A DNA stretch of 64,000 nt. Origin: Phycisphaerae bacterium. GTDB taxonomy: Bacteria; Planctomycetota; Phycisphaerae; Phycisphaerales; SM1A02. This document shows, one piece after another, positions 9,934-21,129 of this stretch. The stretch lies in NCBI GenBank assembly GCA_016873315.1, contig VGXL01000001.1, forward strand, positions 4,126-68,125, written 5' to 3'. Position numbers and translations under genes: made by a program. The notes below the pieces were generated by a model that saw only the letters and a program-made list of their open reading frames with translations, had not been told where the DNA came from and ran no database searches. Every line of letters begins with the position of its first letter. The first letter of the stretch is position 1.

Positions 9934-10587
9934 GTGCGCAGAGCCTTCACGCTCGTCGAGATGCTTGTGGTCATCGGGATCATCGTGATCCTGATTGGCC
10001 TGCTGTTGCCCGCGCTCTCGTCGATCCGTGCCGAGAGCGAGAGTTCCCAGTGCCGGAGCAACCTCAAGCAAGCCTTCACCGGATTGCAGTCGGCCATGAC
10101 GGTCCGCAAGGGCATCTTGCCGATGTGCGAGTTCATTCCGGTGGTGCTGCCCGACGGCCCCGAGGGCGGACTCCCCAAGGCGCTGAAGGGCTACATCGAG
10201 CACGACAGTCCAATTTGGATCTGCCCCAGCGATTCAAACGAGGACTCGCTGGCGACTGGCACGAGCTACACCTATGTGCCTGGGCTCATTCGATATCTGC
10301 CGCAGTTCCAGCTCGATGTCTTCCAGGCGCTCGCTGCGTTGCCATCCGAAACTCCGCAAGATCAGCGGGATCGCTTCCGCAACGATCTCGAGGCGCGTCT
10401 GGTGACGCGTTTCCTCGAGAAGCCCTTTCTCAGTGCGGACGGTGGCTCGGTGAAGATTCCGCTCTTGATCGATAGCGAGGACAGGCATCTCAAGGGCGCG
10501 CGGAGCCCACGCAACGGCGTCTTCCTGGACGGCAGCGTGGACGAAGCCACGATGGACGATGGGATCCCAGATGACGATGGAGGCTGA
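9934..10587 (+). CDS. Prepilin-type N-terminal cleavage/methylation domain protein (pseudopilin-like, planctomycete DUF1559/H-X9-DG-like)
   Basis: The listed ORF starts at TTG 9877. GTG 9934 gives [28 protein letters not shown], the type IV prepilin leader plus hydrophobic helix. The C-terminus ([20 protein letters not shown]) resembles the H-X9-DG motif but with longer spacing. Confidence 0.7.
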   Translation: MRRAFTLVEMLVVIGIIVILIGLLLPALSSIRAESESSQCRSNLKQAFTGLQSAMTVRKGILPMCEFIPVVLPDGPEGGLPKALKGYIEHDSPIWICPSDSNEDSLATGTSYTYVPGLIRYLPQFQLDVFQALAALPSETPQDQRDRFRNDLEARLVTRFLEKPFLSADGGSVKIPLLIDSEDRHLKGARSPRNGVFLDGSVDEATMDDGIPDDDGG

Positions 10588-10590
10588 TGG

Positions 10591-11304
10591 ATGATCGCTC
10601 TTCCTGCCGGATTCGATGACCGTCGCGCGTGGCGTTCGCTGGCGATTGCCACGCTCGTGGCACTGTTGCTCGCGCTGCCGCTGTACTGGTGGTTCGCGGT
10701 GCGATGGAAGCCGCCACCGAGCATCTTCGACGCGCCGGTCGACGATGTCCTGGGTTACCTGGCGCTGGATGACTTCAACAAGTTGCCGCTCGACGAACGC
10801 CTGAAGTTCATGATGGATTTCGCCAGCAGATTCCGCGGGATGGATTCGGGCGAGAGTGCGGCGATGGCTGGCTTCATGGCTGGCGTCACCGGCCCCGCGC
10901 GCGAGCAGATGACGAAGAACGCGCGACTGCTCGCGAAGGATGTCCTTGCGGATGGCAGCAAGCGCTATCTGGCGCTGCCCGCTTCGGAGCGCGCGAAGTT
11001 CCTCGACCAATGGCTGGTCGAATGGGAACGACGCATGCGCCTGATCACGCGCGGGGACGAAGGCAAGGAAAGCGATGCCGACCGACTGAAGAAGATCAAG
11101 ACTGACGTCAAGCAAGGCGAAGAGCGCCGCGCCGAAGGCATGGGCGAGGACGGCGACGGCATGCCTGATCTTGAGGGCGAGGGCGCGGTTGCCTTCATGG
11201 ACTTCTGGCAGCAGGAAGTCGAGACGACGGCGAGCCCCGCAGAGCAGGGCCAGATCGGCCGCTTTCTCGAAGACATGCGCAAGCACCTGTCGGGCGTCTT
11301 CTGA
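10591..11304 (+). CDS. Hypothetical membrane-anchored protein (acidic, helical)
   Basis: The ATG lies 3 nt after the previous stop, with GGAGG 8 nt upstream. One TM helix (LAIATLVALLLALPLYWWF). No recognisable motif. Confidence 0.5.
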   Translation: MIALPAGFDDRRAWRSLAIATLVALLLALPLYWWFAVRWKPPPSIFDAPVDDVLGYLALDDFNKLPLDERLKFMMDFASRFRGMDSGESAAMAGFMAGVTGPAREQMTKNARLLAKDVLADGSKRYLALPASERAKFLDQWLVEWERRMRLITRGDEGKESDADRLKKIKTDVKQGEERRAEGMGEDGDGMPDLEGEGAVAFMDFWQQEVETTASPAEQGQIGRFLEDMRKHLSGVF

Positions 11305-11312
11305 GTTCCGTC

Positions 11313-13811
11313 ATGGGCCACTTGGGCGAGAACCTGCCCGTCCGGCGGCTGGCGGACCTGATCGAATCGCGACTTCGAGAACACGGCACGCTTGTGCTGA
11401 GTGCCGAGACCGGCAGCGGCAAGACGACGCAGGTGCCCCAGATCCTGCTTGAACGATCGCTCATTGAGAGTGAGGTCGTGGTGCTTCAGCCACGCAGGCT
11501 GGCCGCGCGCGCCGTCGCGCGGCGCGTGGCGCAGGAAATGGGCGTCGAGCTCGGCGGGTTGGTGGGTTTTCAGACGCGGTTCGAACGCGCGACGGGACCG
11601 TCGACGCGCATCCGCTTTGTGACCGATGGGCTCTTCGTCAGGCAGTTGCAGTCCGATCCACAGTTGCGCGGTGTGGGCTGCGTGGTGCTCGACGAGTTCC
11701 ATGAACGCGGCCTGCACACCGACATGGCAGCGGGATTCGTGCGGCGACTCCAGGCTGGTGCGCGGAAGGACTTGAAGCTCGTGGTGATGAGCGCGACGCT
11801 CGATCGCGACCGGCTCGGTCAGGCCTTCGGCGTCGAGCCGCTCACGAGCGAGGGGCGTGTGTTTCCTGTTGCGGTGCGCCAGCTCGGGGACGGTCGGCAG
11901 GGCGAGTCGATGACGGATCGAGCCGTGGCGGCGCTGGGCATGGCACTGGACGAGCGACTGAAGGGTGATGTGCTGGTGTTCATGCCCGGCAAGGCGGAGA
12001 TTGACCGCACGATCGAGGCGATTGAGCACGCCGCGCGGCGGCGCAGCGAGCCGATCGTGGCGATTCCCCTGCATGGACAGTTGACGCCCGAGGAACAGGA
12101 CCGTGCGCTCGCACCCGCTGCACGCGGAGTTCGCAAAGTGGTGGTGGCCACCAATGTTGCGGAAACCAGCCTGACGATCGACGGCATCGGCATCGTGATT
12201 GACAGCGGACTTGTACGCATGCATCGCTTCGATCCGCGTCGGAATTTCAATGCGCTTCGACTCGAAGAGACCAGCCGTGCCAGTGCAGAGCAGCGCGCGG
12301 GCCGGGCGGGGCGCACCATGCCGGGAACATGCTTGCGCCTGTGGGGCGATCGTTCGCAAGCGCGCCGTTCAGCCTTCGATGTTCCAGAGGTTCGCCGCGT
12401 GGAGCTTGCGGGACCGCTCTTGCATCTGGCGTCGATGGGCGAGCGGGACATCGATCGTTTCCCGTGGCTCGATCCGCCAGACGCCGCGATGGTGACGCAG
12501 TCGATGGAGGTTCTGCGCAGGATCGGTGCATTGGACGATCAGGGCATGATCACTCGCCTGGGACACGCCATGCTGCGCGTGCCGGCTCATCCGCGGATCG
12601 GTCGCGCGATGGTCGAAGCTGCGCGACATGGATGTGCGCGCAGGGTGGCAACCTGGTGTTCGATGGTCGAAGGGCGCGATGTCCTGGCGCGAGAGGGAGT
12701 TGACCCCATGCGCGTGCTGCATGCGCACGATCGCCCGAGCGATGTGGTCCTGAGAGAACGCCTGCTTGACGATCCGGGCGGTGAAGGTCGAGGAGTGCTC
12801 GATCCCGATGCGTCGCGCGAGTCCAAGCGCGTGGCCCAGCAACTTTACGATGCGGTCGCGAGCGGCGATCAGTCTTCCACGGATGACGCGGCGTGCGCCC
12901 GTGCCATGCTGGCGGGATTCCCCGACCTTGTGGCGTGGCGGCCGGATGCGCAGAAACCGATTGCGTCCATGGCCGGCCGCCGCAAGGTGGCGATCGATCG
13001 TCGAAGTGCGCTGCGTGGCGCAGGCCCGTTCCTTGCGCTCGATGTGCGCGAAGGCGGCGGCACCGAGGTGCAGGAGTCCACGCTCTCAATGACGATCGGA
13101 CTCGATGAGGCCTGGGTGCGCGATGCGCTACCGCACCGATTCGTCAGGACGGTCGAGGAACGATGGGAGCCCGGGAGTCTCGCCGTCGAAGAGATCGAAG
13201 AAGAGCGCTTCGACGCCGCCGTGCTGAGTCGAACGGTGCGTCCGCCGCGCGACCTTGGCCGTGCGAGCGAACTGATCGCGTCCATGGTGCTTTCGGGCGA
13301 ACTTGTGCCTGAGCGGTTCGATGACGACGCCAAGCAGTGGATTGAACGGGTGCGCTGCGTCCGCGAGTGGTTCCCTGATCGCGCGATGCCTGCCTACGAC
13401 GAGAGCGACCTGAAGTTGGCGTGGTCGGATTGGGCGCATGGTGCAACGCGATGGAGTCAGGTGCGTGATCGACCGGTGCTCGATCGCCTGAAGGACCTGC
13501 TCACGCACGAGGACTGCCGATTCGTCGAGCGGATGGCGCCCGCGGCGATCAAACTGTCGCGCGGATTTGGAATGAAGATCGAGTACGAGGCCGGCAAACC
13601 GCCGCGCGGCCGTGCGAAGATCCAGGACTTCTATGACACGACCGCGCATCCAAGCGTGGCTGGGGGGCGCGTGCCGGTGCTGCTCGAGATCCTGGGGCCG
13701 AACTACAGACCGTTGCAGGTCACCTCGGATCTGCAGGGGTTCTGGACGAGGCTCTACCCAGAGATCGTGCCCGCGCTGAAACGGCGGTATCCGCGCCACG
13801 AGTGGCGCTGA
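11313..13811 (+). CDS. hrpB: ATP-dependent RNA helicase HrpB (DEAH box)
   Basis: 832 aa. Motifs: Walker A ETGSGKTTQVP, LDEFHERG, SATL, TNVAETSLTIDGI, QRAGRAGR, and an HrpB-type C-terminal domain ending YPRHEW. Confidence 0.9.
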   Translation: MGHLGENLPVRRLADLIESRLREHGTLVLSAETGSGKTTQVPQILLERSLIESEVVVLQPRRLAARAVARRVAQEMGVELGGLVGFQTRFERATGPSTRIRFVTDGLFVRQLQSDPQLRGVGCVVLDEFHERGLHTDMAAGFVRRLQAGARKDLKLVVMSATLDRDRLGQAFGVEPLTSEGRVFPVAVRQLGDGRQGESMTDRAVAALGMALDERLKGDVLVFMPGKAEIDRTIEAIEHAARRRSEPIVAIPLHGQLTPEEQDRALAPAARGVRKVVVATNVAETSLTIDGIGIVIDSGLVRMHRFDPRRNFNALRLEETSRASAEQRAGRAGRTMPGTCLRLWGDRSQARRSAFDVPEVRRVELAGPLLHLASMGERDIDRFPWLDPPDAAMVTQSMEVLRRIGALDDQGMITRLGHAMLRVPAHPRIGRAMVEAARHGCARRVATWCSMVEGRDVLAREGVDPMRVLHAHDRPSDVVLRERLLDDPGGEGRGVLDPDASRESKRVAQQLYDAVASGDQSSTDDAACARAMLAGFPDLVAWRPDAQKPIASMAGRRKVAIDRRSALRGAGPFLALDVREGGGTEVQESTLSMTIGLDEAWVRDALPHRFVRTVEERWEPGSLAVEEIEEERFDAAVLSRTVRPPRDLGRASELIASMVLSGELVPERFDDDAKQWIERVRCVREWFPDRAMPAYDESDLKLAWSDWAHGATRWSQVRDRPVLDRLKDLLTHEDCRFVERMAPAAIKLSRGFGMKIEYEAGKPPRGRAKIQDFYDTTAHPSVAGGRVPVLLEILGPNYRPLQVTSDLQGFWTRLYPEIVPALKRRYPRHEWR

Positions 13812-13814
13812 GGG

Positions 13815-14609
13815 TCACTCAAACGTATCAGCGGAGCCCATGTATTCGTCGCCCGTGCGCCAGGACCGACGGCCCGAGGGACGCCCACGCGCAGCCTGAG
13901 CGGGTCGAGGCTCGACGGCGTCGAAGCGGGGGAGTTTCGTGGCCCAAGGGCGCGTGCCCACATGGACTTGGTGCACCAGATCGACCGCTTCGTTCACGCT
14001 GTCGGTCAAGTAGAAGAGCTCGAAGTCTTCGGGGCTGATCGCCTTGTTGCGATCGAGCATCGTGTTCTTGATCCAGTCGAAGAGTCCGCCCCAGAACGCC
14101 TTGTCGACGAAGACCACGGGGAAGGGGGCGATCTTCATCGTCTGAATGAGCGTGAGGCTCTCGAACGCCTCGTCCATCGTGCCGAGGCCGCCAGGAAAGA
14201 TGATGAAGCCGCGCGAGTGCTTCACGAACATCACCTTGCGAATGAAGAAGTAGCGGAAGGAGAGTTCGATCGTCTGGTACGGATTGGGATCCTGTTCGCG
14301 CGGCAGCGTGATGTTCAGTCCAACACTCACGCCGCCCGCCTCGAGCGCGCCTTTGTTGCCAGCTTCCATGATGCCGGGCCCGCCGCCAGTGATCACGGAG
14401 AAGCCGCGCCCAACCAAGAGTCGCGCGCACTCTTCAGCCGCCGCGTATTCAGGAGCTTCCTTCGCCGTGCGTGCACTGCCGAAGATGCTCACGCCGGGAC
14501 CGACGCGCGCAAGGGCATCGGTGGCGTCGACGAATTCACTCATCATGCGCAGTGCGCGCCAGGATTCGCGGGCGTAGTTCACGTGGTCGGGATGGTGTGG
14601 CGCGTTCAT
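13815..14609 (-). CDS. LOG family protein (TIGR00730-type nucleotide phosphoribohydrolase)
   Basis: ORF trimmed to MNAPHHPD (ATG 14607-14609). Motifs: GGGPGIMEAGNKGA and PGGLGTMDE. A ~45-aa Arg/Pro-rich C-terminal tail. Convergent with hrpB, with a 3-nt spacer. Confidence 0.8.
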   Translation of the reverse strand: MNAPHHPDHVNYARESWRALRMMSEFVDATDALARVGPGVSIFGSARTAKEAPEYAAAEECARLLVGRGFSVITGGGPGIMEAGNKGALEAGGVSVGLNITLPREQDPNPYQTIELSFRYFFIRKVMFVKHSRGFIIFPGGLGTMDEAFESLTLIQTMKIAPFPVVFVDKAFWGGLFDWIKNTMLDRNKAISPEDFELFYLTDSVNEAVDLVHQVHVGTRPWATKLPRFDAVEPRPAQAARGRPSGRRSWRTGDEYMGSADTFE

Positions 14610-14688
14610 GGATTCCCATGCTAGGCCGACCGCGTTCTCGGAACACGAGGCGTAACACACTGTCGTAACTGGTCTTGTGTTTGGCGTT

Positions 14689-14717
14689 TTGCGTCAGCTG
14701 CTGACGATCGCTAGACT
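14689..14717 (+). promoter_or_regulatory. Possible sigma70-type promoter (TTGCGT-17 nt-TAGACT) ending 7 nt before the folC ATG
   Basis: Hexamers read directly: TTGCGT 14689-14694, a 17-nt spacer, TAGACT 14712-14717, ATG at 14725. They sit in the only visibly lower-G+C patch of this spacer. Not tested. Confidence 0.3.
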
Positions 14718-14724
14718 CGGCCGG

Positions 14725-16551
14725 ATGTCGAGGAAATGCGCTTTAACGGGCAGCGGTTCGCGCACCACCACCAAGCAGGGTTCGACCAAGTCCACGGCCA
14801 AGCCTGTGGCGAAGACCACGGCCAAGCCTGTGGCGAAGTCCACAGCCAAGCCTGCGGCGAAGTCCACAGCCAAGCCTGCGGCGAAGACCATGGCCAAGCC
14901 TGTGGCGAAGACCACGGCCAAGCCTGCGACCAAGCCAGCGAGTCCATCCGCGGCAACGACAAGTTCCACGACTGCGGTCAGGCCGAGCGCCCAGCCCGCC
15001 TTGAAGCCGAAGCCTGCGCCAGCGGTCGCCGCTCCGACGGCCCATCACAATGTGCTCGATGAGGCACCGGTCACGCATGTTCCCATCATTGGTGTGCCGG
15101 CGATGCGTGGTTCGGCCCCAGTGCGCGCTGAAGAACCGCTCGAGCCCAAGCTCGCGGAACACCGCACGAGCGAACTCAGCAAGAGCGAGCAGACGAAGGC
15201 GCGTCGCGGCGACTTCAGCGACTACTCGGTGGCCCTGAAGTGGCTGCATGAACGCGTGGATCTGGAGCGCCTGCACACCGTGCAGTACAGCGACGAACCC
15301 TTCAAGCTCGACCGCATGCGGCAGTTGCTCGATGCGCTCGGCAATCCGCACGAGCAGGTGAAGTGCGTGCATGTGGCCGGCACCAACGGCAAGGGCAGCA
15401 CGGTGGCGATGGTGAGCGCAATGCTCCAGGCCTGCGGCTACGCGGTGGGGCAGTACACGAGCCCGCACCTGATCGATGTGCGCGAGCGCGTGTCGATCAA
15501 CGGTGCCATGCCCAGCGAAGCGGACTTCCTCGACCTGATGCGTCGCGTGGCCAAGGCCGCCGGCAAACTTCCGTTCGAGCCGACGTTCTTTGAGCTCATG
15601 ACGGCGCTGTCCTTCGTCCACTTCGCCGAGCAGGCCGTGGACATCGCGGTCATCGAAGTCGGCTTGGGCGGACGGCTGGACTGCACCAATGTGATCACGC
15701 CGCTGGTCTCGATCGTGACCTCGATCGATCTCGACCACACGCGGATCCTGGGCAAGGATGTGAAGGCGATCGCGCGCGAGAAGGCCGGCATCTTCAAGCC
15801 CGGCGTGCCCGCGCTGGCGTTTGAGCCCCAACCCGAGGTCGAGGCCGTCTTCCGCGAGGTGGCAGCGCAGGTTGGCGCGCCGCTCATGATCGTCAACAAG
15901 GACATCGAGTTCAGCAGTCGCTTCTGCACGACGCCTGACCTTGGTGCGCACACGCGCGTGTGCTTCTACACGCGCACGACGCGACTGGAGCACCTGCCGG
16001 TGCCACTGCCTGGCGAGCATCAGGCGGCGAACTGCGGCTTGGCGCTTGCGGCCATCGATGTTCTGAAGTCAGCCGGCTTCTCGTGCCCGGACGACAAGGT
16101 CAGCATGGGGCTCATGTCGACCCGGATCCGCGGACGCATGGAACTCATCGCCGAGCGTCCGCGCATTCTGGTGGATGGTGCGCACAATCCGGCCAGCGTC
16201 GGCACACTGATGCGTTGCGTCGGTGCGCATGTGCCGTACGACAGCATGGTCTGCATCTTCGGTTGCTGCCGCGACAAGGACATCGCGGGGTTGCTGGACA
16301 AGGTTCACCTTGGCGCCGACAAGCTGATTTTCACGCGCGCAGCTGGCACGCCGCGCGCCGCCGATCCGAACGAGCTGCAGCGCATGTTCGCCGAGCGCAG
16401 CGGCAAGATGAGCCAGGTCGCCCGCTCGCTGTCGGAGGCGATGGAGGTCGCCACGCGAGCCGTTGGACGCGAGGACCTGATCTGCATCACAGGCAGCTTC
16501 TACCTCGTGGGCGAGGCGATGCGTTTGGTCGGCCAGCGCCGGCAGGCTTGA
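14725..16551 (+). CDS. folC: Folylpolyglutamate synthase/dihydrofolate synthase FolC with ~180-aa low-complexity N-terminal extension
   Basis: The FolC core runs from about residue 180 (LERLHTVQYSDEPFKLDRMRQLL, HVAGTNGKGST, EVGLGGRLD, LVDGAHNP). The N-terminus is MSRKCALTGSG... followed by TAKP(V/A)AK(T/S) repeats. The listed GTG 14677 lies upstream of the putative promoter. Confidence 0.85.
   Translation: MSRKCALTGSGSRTTTKQGSTKSTAKPVAKTTAKPVAKSTAKPAAKSTAKPAAKTMAKPVAKTTAKPATKPASPSAATTSSTTAVRPSAQPALKPKPAPAVAAPTAHHNVLDEAPVTHVPIIGVPAMRGSAPVRAEEPLEPKLAEHRTSELSKSEQTKARRGDFSDYSVALKWLHERVDLERLHTVQYSDEPFKLDRMRQLLDALGNPHEQVKCVHVAGTNGKGSTVAMVSAMLQACGYAVGQYTSPHLIDVRERVSINGAMPSEADFLDLMRRVAKAAGKLPFEPTFFELMTALSFVHFAEQAVDIAVIEVGLGGRLDCTNVITPLVSIVTSIDLDHTRILGKDVKAIAREKAGIFKPGVPALAFEPQPEVEAVFREVAAQVGAPLMIVNKDIEFSSRFCTTPDLGAHTRVCFYTRTTRLEHLPVPLPGEHQAANCGLALAAIDVLKSAGFSCPDDKVSMGLMSTRIRGRMELIAERPRILVDGAHNPASVGTLMRCVGAHVPYDSMVCIFGCCRDKDIAGLLDKVHLGADKLIFTRAAGTPRAADPNELQRMFAERSGKMSQVARSLSEAMEVATRAVGREDLICITGSFYLVGEAMRLVGQRRQA
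14791..14934 (+). repeat. Six tandem 24-bp coding repeats (TAKPVAKT octapeptide)
   Basis: Units tccacggccaagcctgtggcgaag and variants begin at 14791, 14815, 14839, 14863, 14887 and 14911. They are in frame within folC. Confidence 0.95.
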
Positions 16552-16556
16552 GCCGC

Positions 16557-16597
16557 CCGGCTTCATCGACCGGGCTTCATCGACCGGGCTTCATCCG
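16557..16597. repeat. 14-bp tandem repeat x3 (ccgggcttcatcga) starting 6 nt after the folC stop
   Basis: Read directly: ccggcttcatcga / ccgggcttcatcga / ccgggcttcatccg. Confidence 0.9.
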
Positions 16598-16660
16598 CCC
16601 GGCGTGATCCGTGCAGCGTGAGCGTGCGCCCATGCCGACACGGGTAGGCTTTGCCTTCCC

Positions 16661-19474
<2,814 letters not shown>

Positions 19475-19516
19475 TCAGCACCTGACGGCGCCACGGAGCT
19501 CAGTCTGCAACGACAA

Positions 19517-19544
19517 CCGGGCGGCACCTTGCGGCACCGCCCGG
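19517..19544. terminator. GC hairpin between convergent leuS and the ClpP-like gene
   Basis: ccgggcgg (19517-19524) pairs with ccgcccgg (19537-19544) around a 12-nt loop. There is no clear U-tract. Confidence 0.35.
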
Positions 19545-19567
19545 TGGGCATGCACAACTCGTTGGAC

Positions 19568-20977
19568 TCAACGCCCTTCGATGCGGTAGAAGCCGCGCGG
19601 ATTCACCATGAAGTAGCAGTCATACGGATCGAGGGGCGGCAGGCTCATGTACGGCCGACCCTGCTCATCGTGCTTCATGCTCACGCCGAACATGCCCCAC
19701 ATCGGGGCGCCGGGCGCATCGCTGGGCTTGCGGCGGATGCCCTCTTCACGGATTTCATTCACGACATGGTCGATCCACTTGAGCGTGACGGCCACATCGG
19801 CGAACTCATCCCAGTCGCCAGACTTGCGTGCCTTGTACATGCGCTCCTTGAACTGTTCCAGGGTGATGCCCATCTTGCGGGCGATCGGGTCGGCCAGGCG
19901 CCGTTCCCACTCCTGCGCATTCTTCACTTCCTGCTCGATGTCGGTCATGTTGCCAGAGATGCCAGTCGACATCTGGTGGTGAAGGATGATTGCGTTGGGA
20001 TAGGCGTAGCTGTGCGGCGCGAGCGTGGCGATCGTGGCGGCCATGCTGGCGGCGAAACTCTTCACGATCACATGCACAGGGGCATCGCTCGTCTCGATTG
20101 CCTTGACGATGCGGTAGCCCTGTTGGACGCTGCCTCCGGGTGAACTGTCGATCACGATGAAGATTGGCTTGGTCCGATCCTGGTTGTTGAACCAATCGAT
20201 GCGGTCGCAGACATAGTCGGCGCTGCCGCTCACGATCGGTCCGTTGAGCGGAATGCGACGATCGCTAATCGTGATCACGCCGTCCTTGAACGGTTGCTCG
20301 GGATACGCGTCGAGCACGCCGATCGCTTCGCGTGCCTTCTGTTCTGCATCACGCTGCGCCAGTCGGCCCGCGAGCGTTCGTGACTCGATGTCGACGCGCA
20401 TCTGCTCGTCGGCCAAGCGTGCCTGTTCGGTGCGGCGCTTCTCAGCGATGAGGGCGTTCTCGGCAGCGAGCGCTTCTTGCTCTCGTCGCATGCTGGCCAG
20501 TTTCACGCGGTGTCGCATGTCGAGCAGGTCCTGCTCGGACTTCATCCTGGCCATGTCCGCGTTGCCGGCGGCGAGCTCCGCTTCGAGCGTTGCTGCACGA
20601 AGCTGCGCCTCGCGCTGCATGCCCGCCAGACGCGTGACTTCGGATTCGTTGGCCTTGGCCTGCTGTGATGCGTAGAGCCCCATCGCTGCGTCGAGACGAG
20701 CCTTCTCGGCGCGAACTCGGGCGAGCTCGGCGGCAAGTTGCTCCTCGCGCAACTGGGCTTCGGTACGCAGCCTCTTGATTTCGGCCTCGGCCTCATCAGC
20801 CTTCGGCGTGTCGGACTTGGGAGCATCGGCCTTCGGTGCTTCAGTGGCTGCAGGGGCGGGCTGCGCGGCTGGGGCGTCGGCAGGCTTGGCGTCTGCTGGT
20901 TGCTGGGGACCCACGGCGGCGCAGGCCACCACGGGCAGGGCAAGGACGGCGGTCATCAATTGACGCAGTGGATCCAC
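19568..20977 (-). CDS. Exported lipoprotein with long coiled coil and C-terminal ClpP-fold (S14-like) serine protease domain
   Basis: ORF 19568..21571 trimmed to GTG 20975-20977, with AGGAG 6 nt upstream. Signal plus lipobox in VDPLRQLMTAVLALPVVAC. About 250 aa of Ala/Glu/Arg/Leu heptad-like sequence follows. Then IVIDSSPGGSVQQGYRIVKAI...VKSFAASMAATIA...AIILHHQMS resembles the ClpP INSPGGSV / GxAASMG / MIHQP blocks. Confidence 0.65.
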   Translation of the reverse strand: MDPLRQLMTAVLALPVVACAAVGPQQPADAKPADAPAAQPAPAATEAPKADAPKSDTPKADEAEAEIKRLRTEAQLREEQLAAELARVRAEKARLDAAMGLYASQQAKANESEVTRLAGMQREAQLRAATLEAELAAGNADMARMKSEQDLLDMRHRVKLASMRREQEALAAENALIAEKRRTEQARLADEQMRVDIESRTLAGRLAQRDAEQKAREAIGVLDAYPEQPFKDGVITISDRRIPLNGPIVSGSADYVCDRIDWFNNQDRTKPIFIVIDSSPGGSVQQGYRIVKAIETSDAPVHVIVKSFAASMAATIATLAPHSYAYPNAIILHHQMSTGISGNMTDIEQEVKNAQEWERRLADPIARKMGITLEQFKERMYKARKSGDWDEFADVAVTLKWIDHVVNEIREEGIRRKPSDAPGAPMWGMFGVSMKHDEQGRPYMSLPPLDPYDCYFMVNPRGFYRIEGR

Positions 20978-21096
20978 GGTGATCTCCTGATTGTGGGTGA
21001 AGTCGAGCACGGGAACTGTACGCCCGCGACCCGATCGACGCGCGCCGAAGCGGACGGGTTCGGGCAGGGGCCGCGAAGTCAGGGACGAATTATCGC

Positions 21097-21129
21097 GCGC
21101 CTGTTCCGCGCCTGTTCCGCGCCTGTTCA
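21097..21129. repeat. 11-bp tandem repeat x3 (gcgcctgttcc); the last unit contains the stop codon of the 21127..21786 gene
   Basis: Read directly: gcgcctgttcc / gcgcctgttcc / gcgcctgttca. The tca at 21127-21129 is TGA on the minus strand. Confidence 0.9.

Noticed and set aside
10965-12359. 464-aa minus-strand ORF. Similar long shadow ORFs occur at 7885..9549, 10234..11286, 14743..16020, 16577..17677, 18395..19408, 25195..26592, 40245..41768, 52757..54139 and 61330..62835.
   Set aside because: All lie opposite genes with unambiguous family motifs (hrpB, ftsY, folC, leuS, the transglutaminase gene, glpF, pepF, atpB). They are Arg/His/Pro-rich with no recognisable domains.
14725-14760. A genuine rpmB (L28) gene at the folC 5' end
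   Set aside because: Only MSRKCALTG matches L28. Neither this frame nor the other two continue with the L28 core (VSHS...TKRRF.PNLQ). I kept it as a note within the FolC finding only.
14791-14934. CRISPR-like regular repeats (also at 47581, 28356, 44574 and 41720)
   Set aside because: These are pure tandem repeats with no unique spacers. They have short units (11-27 bp) and 2-6 copies, and most are in frame within CDSs. No cas genes are present.
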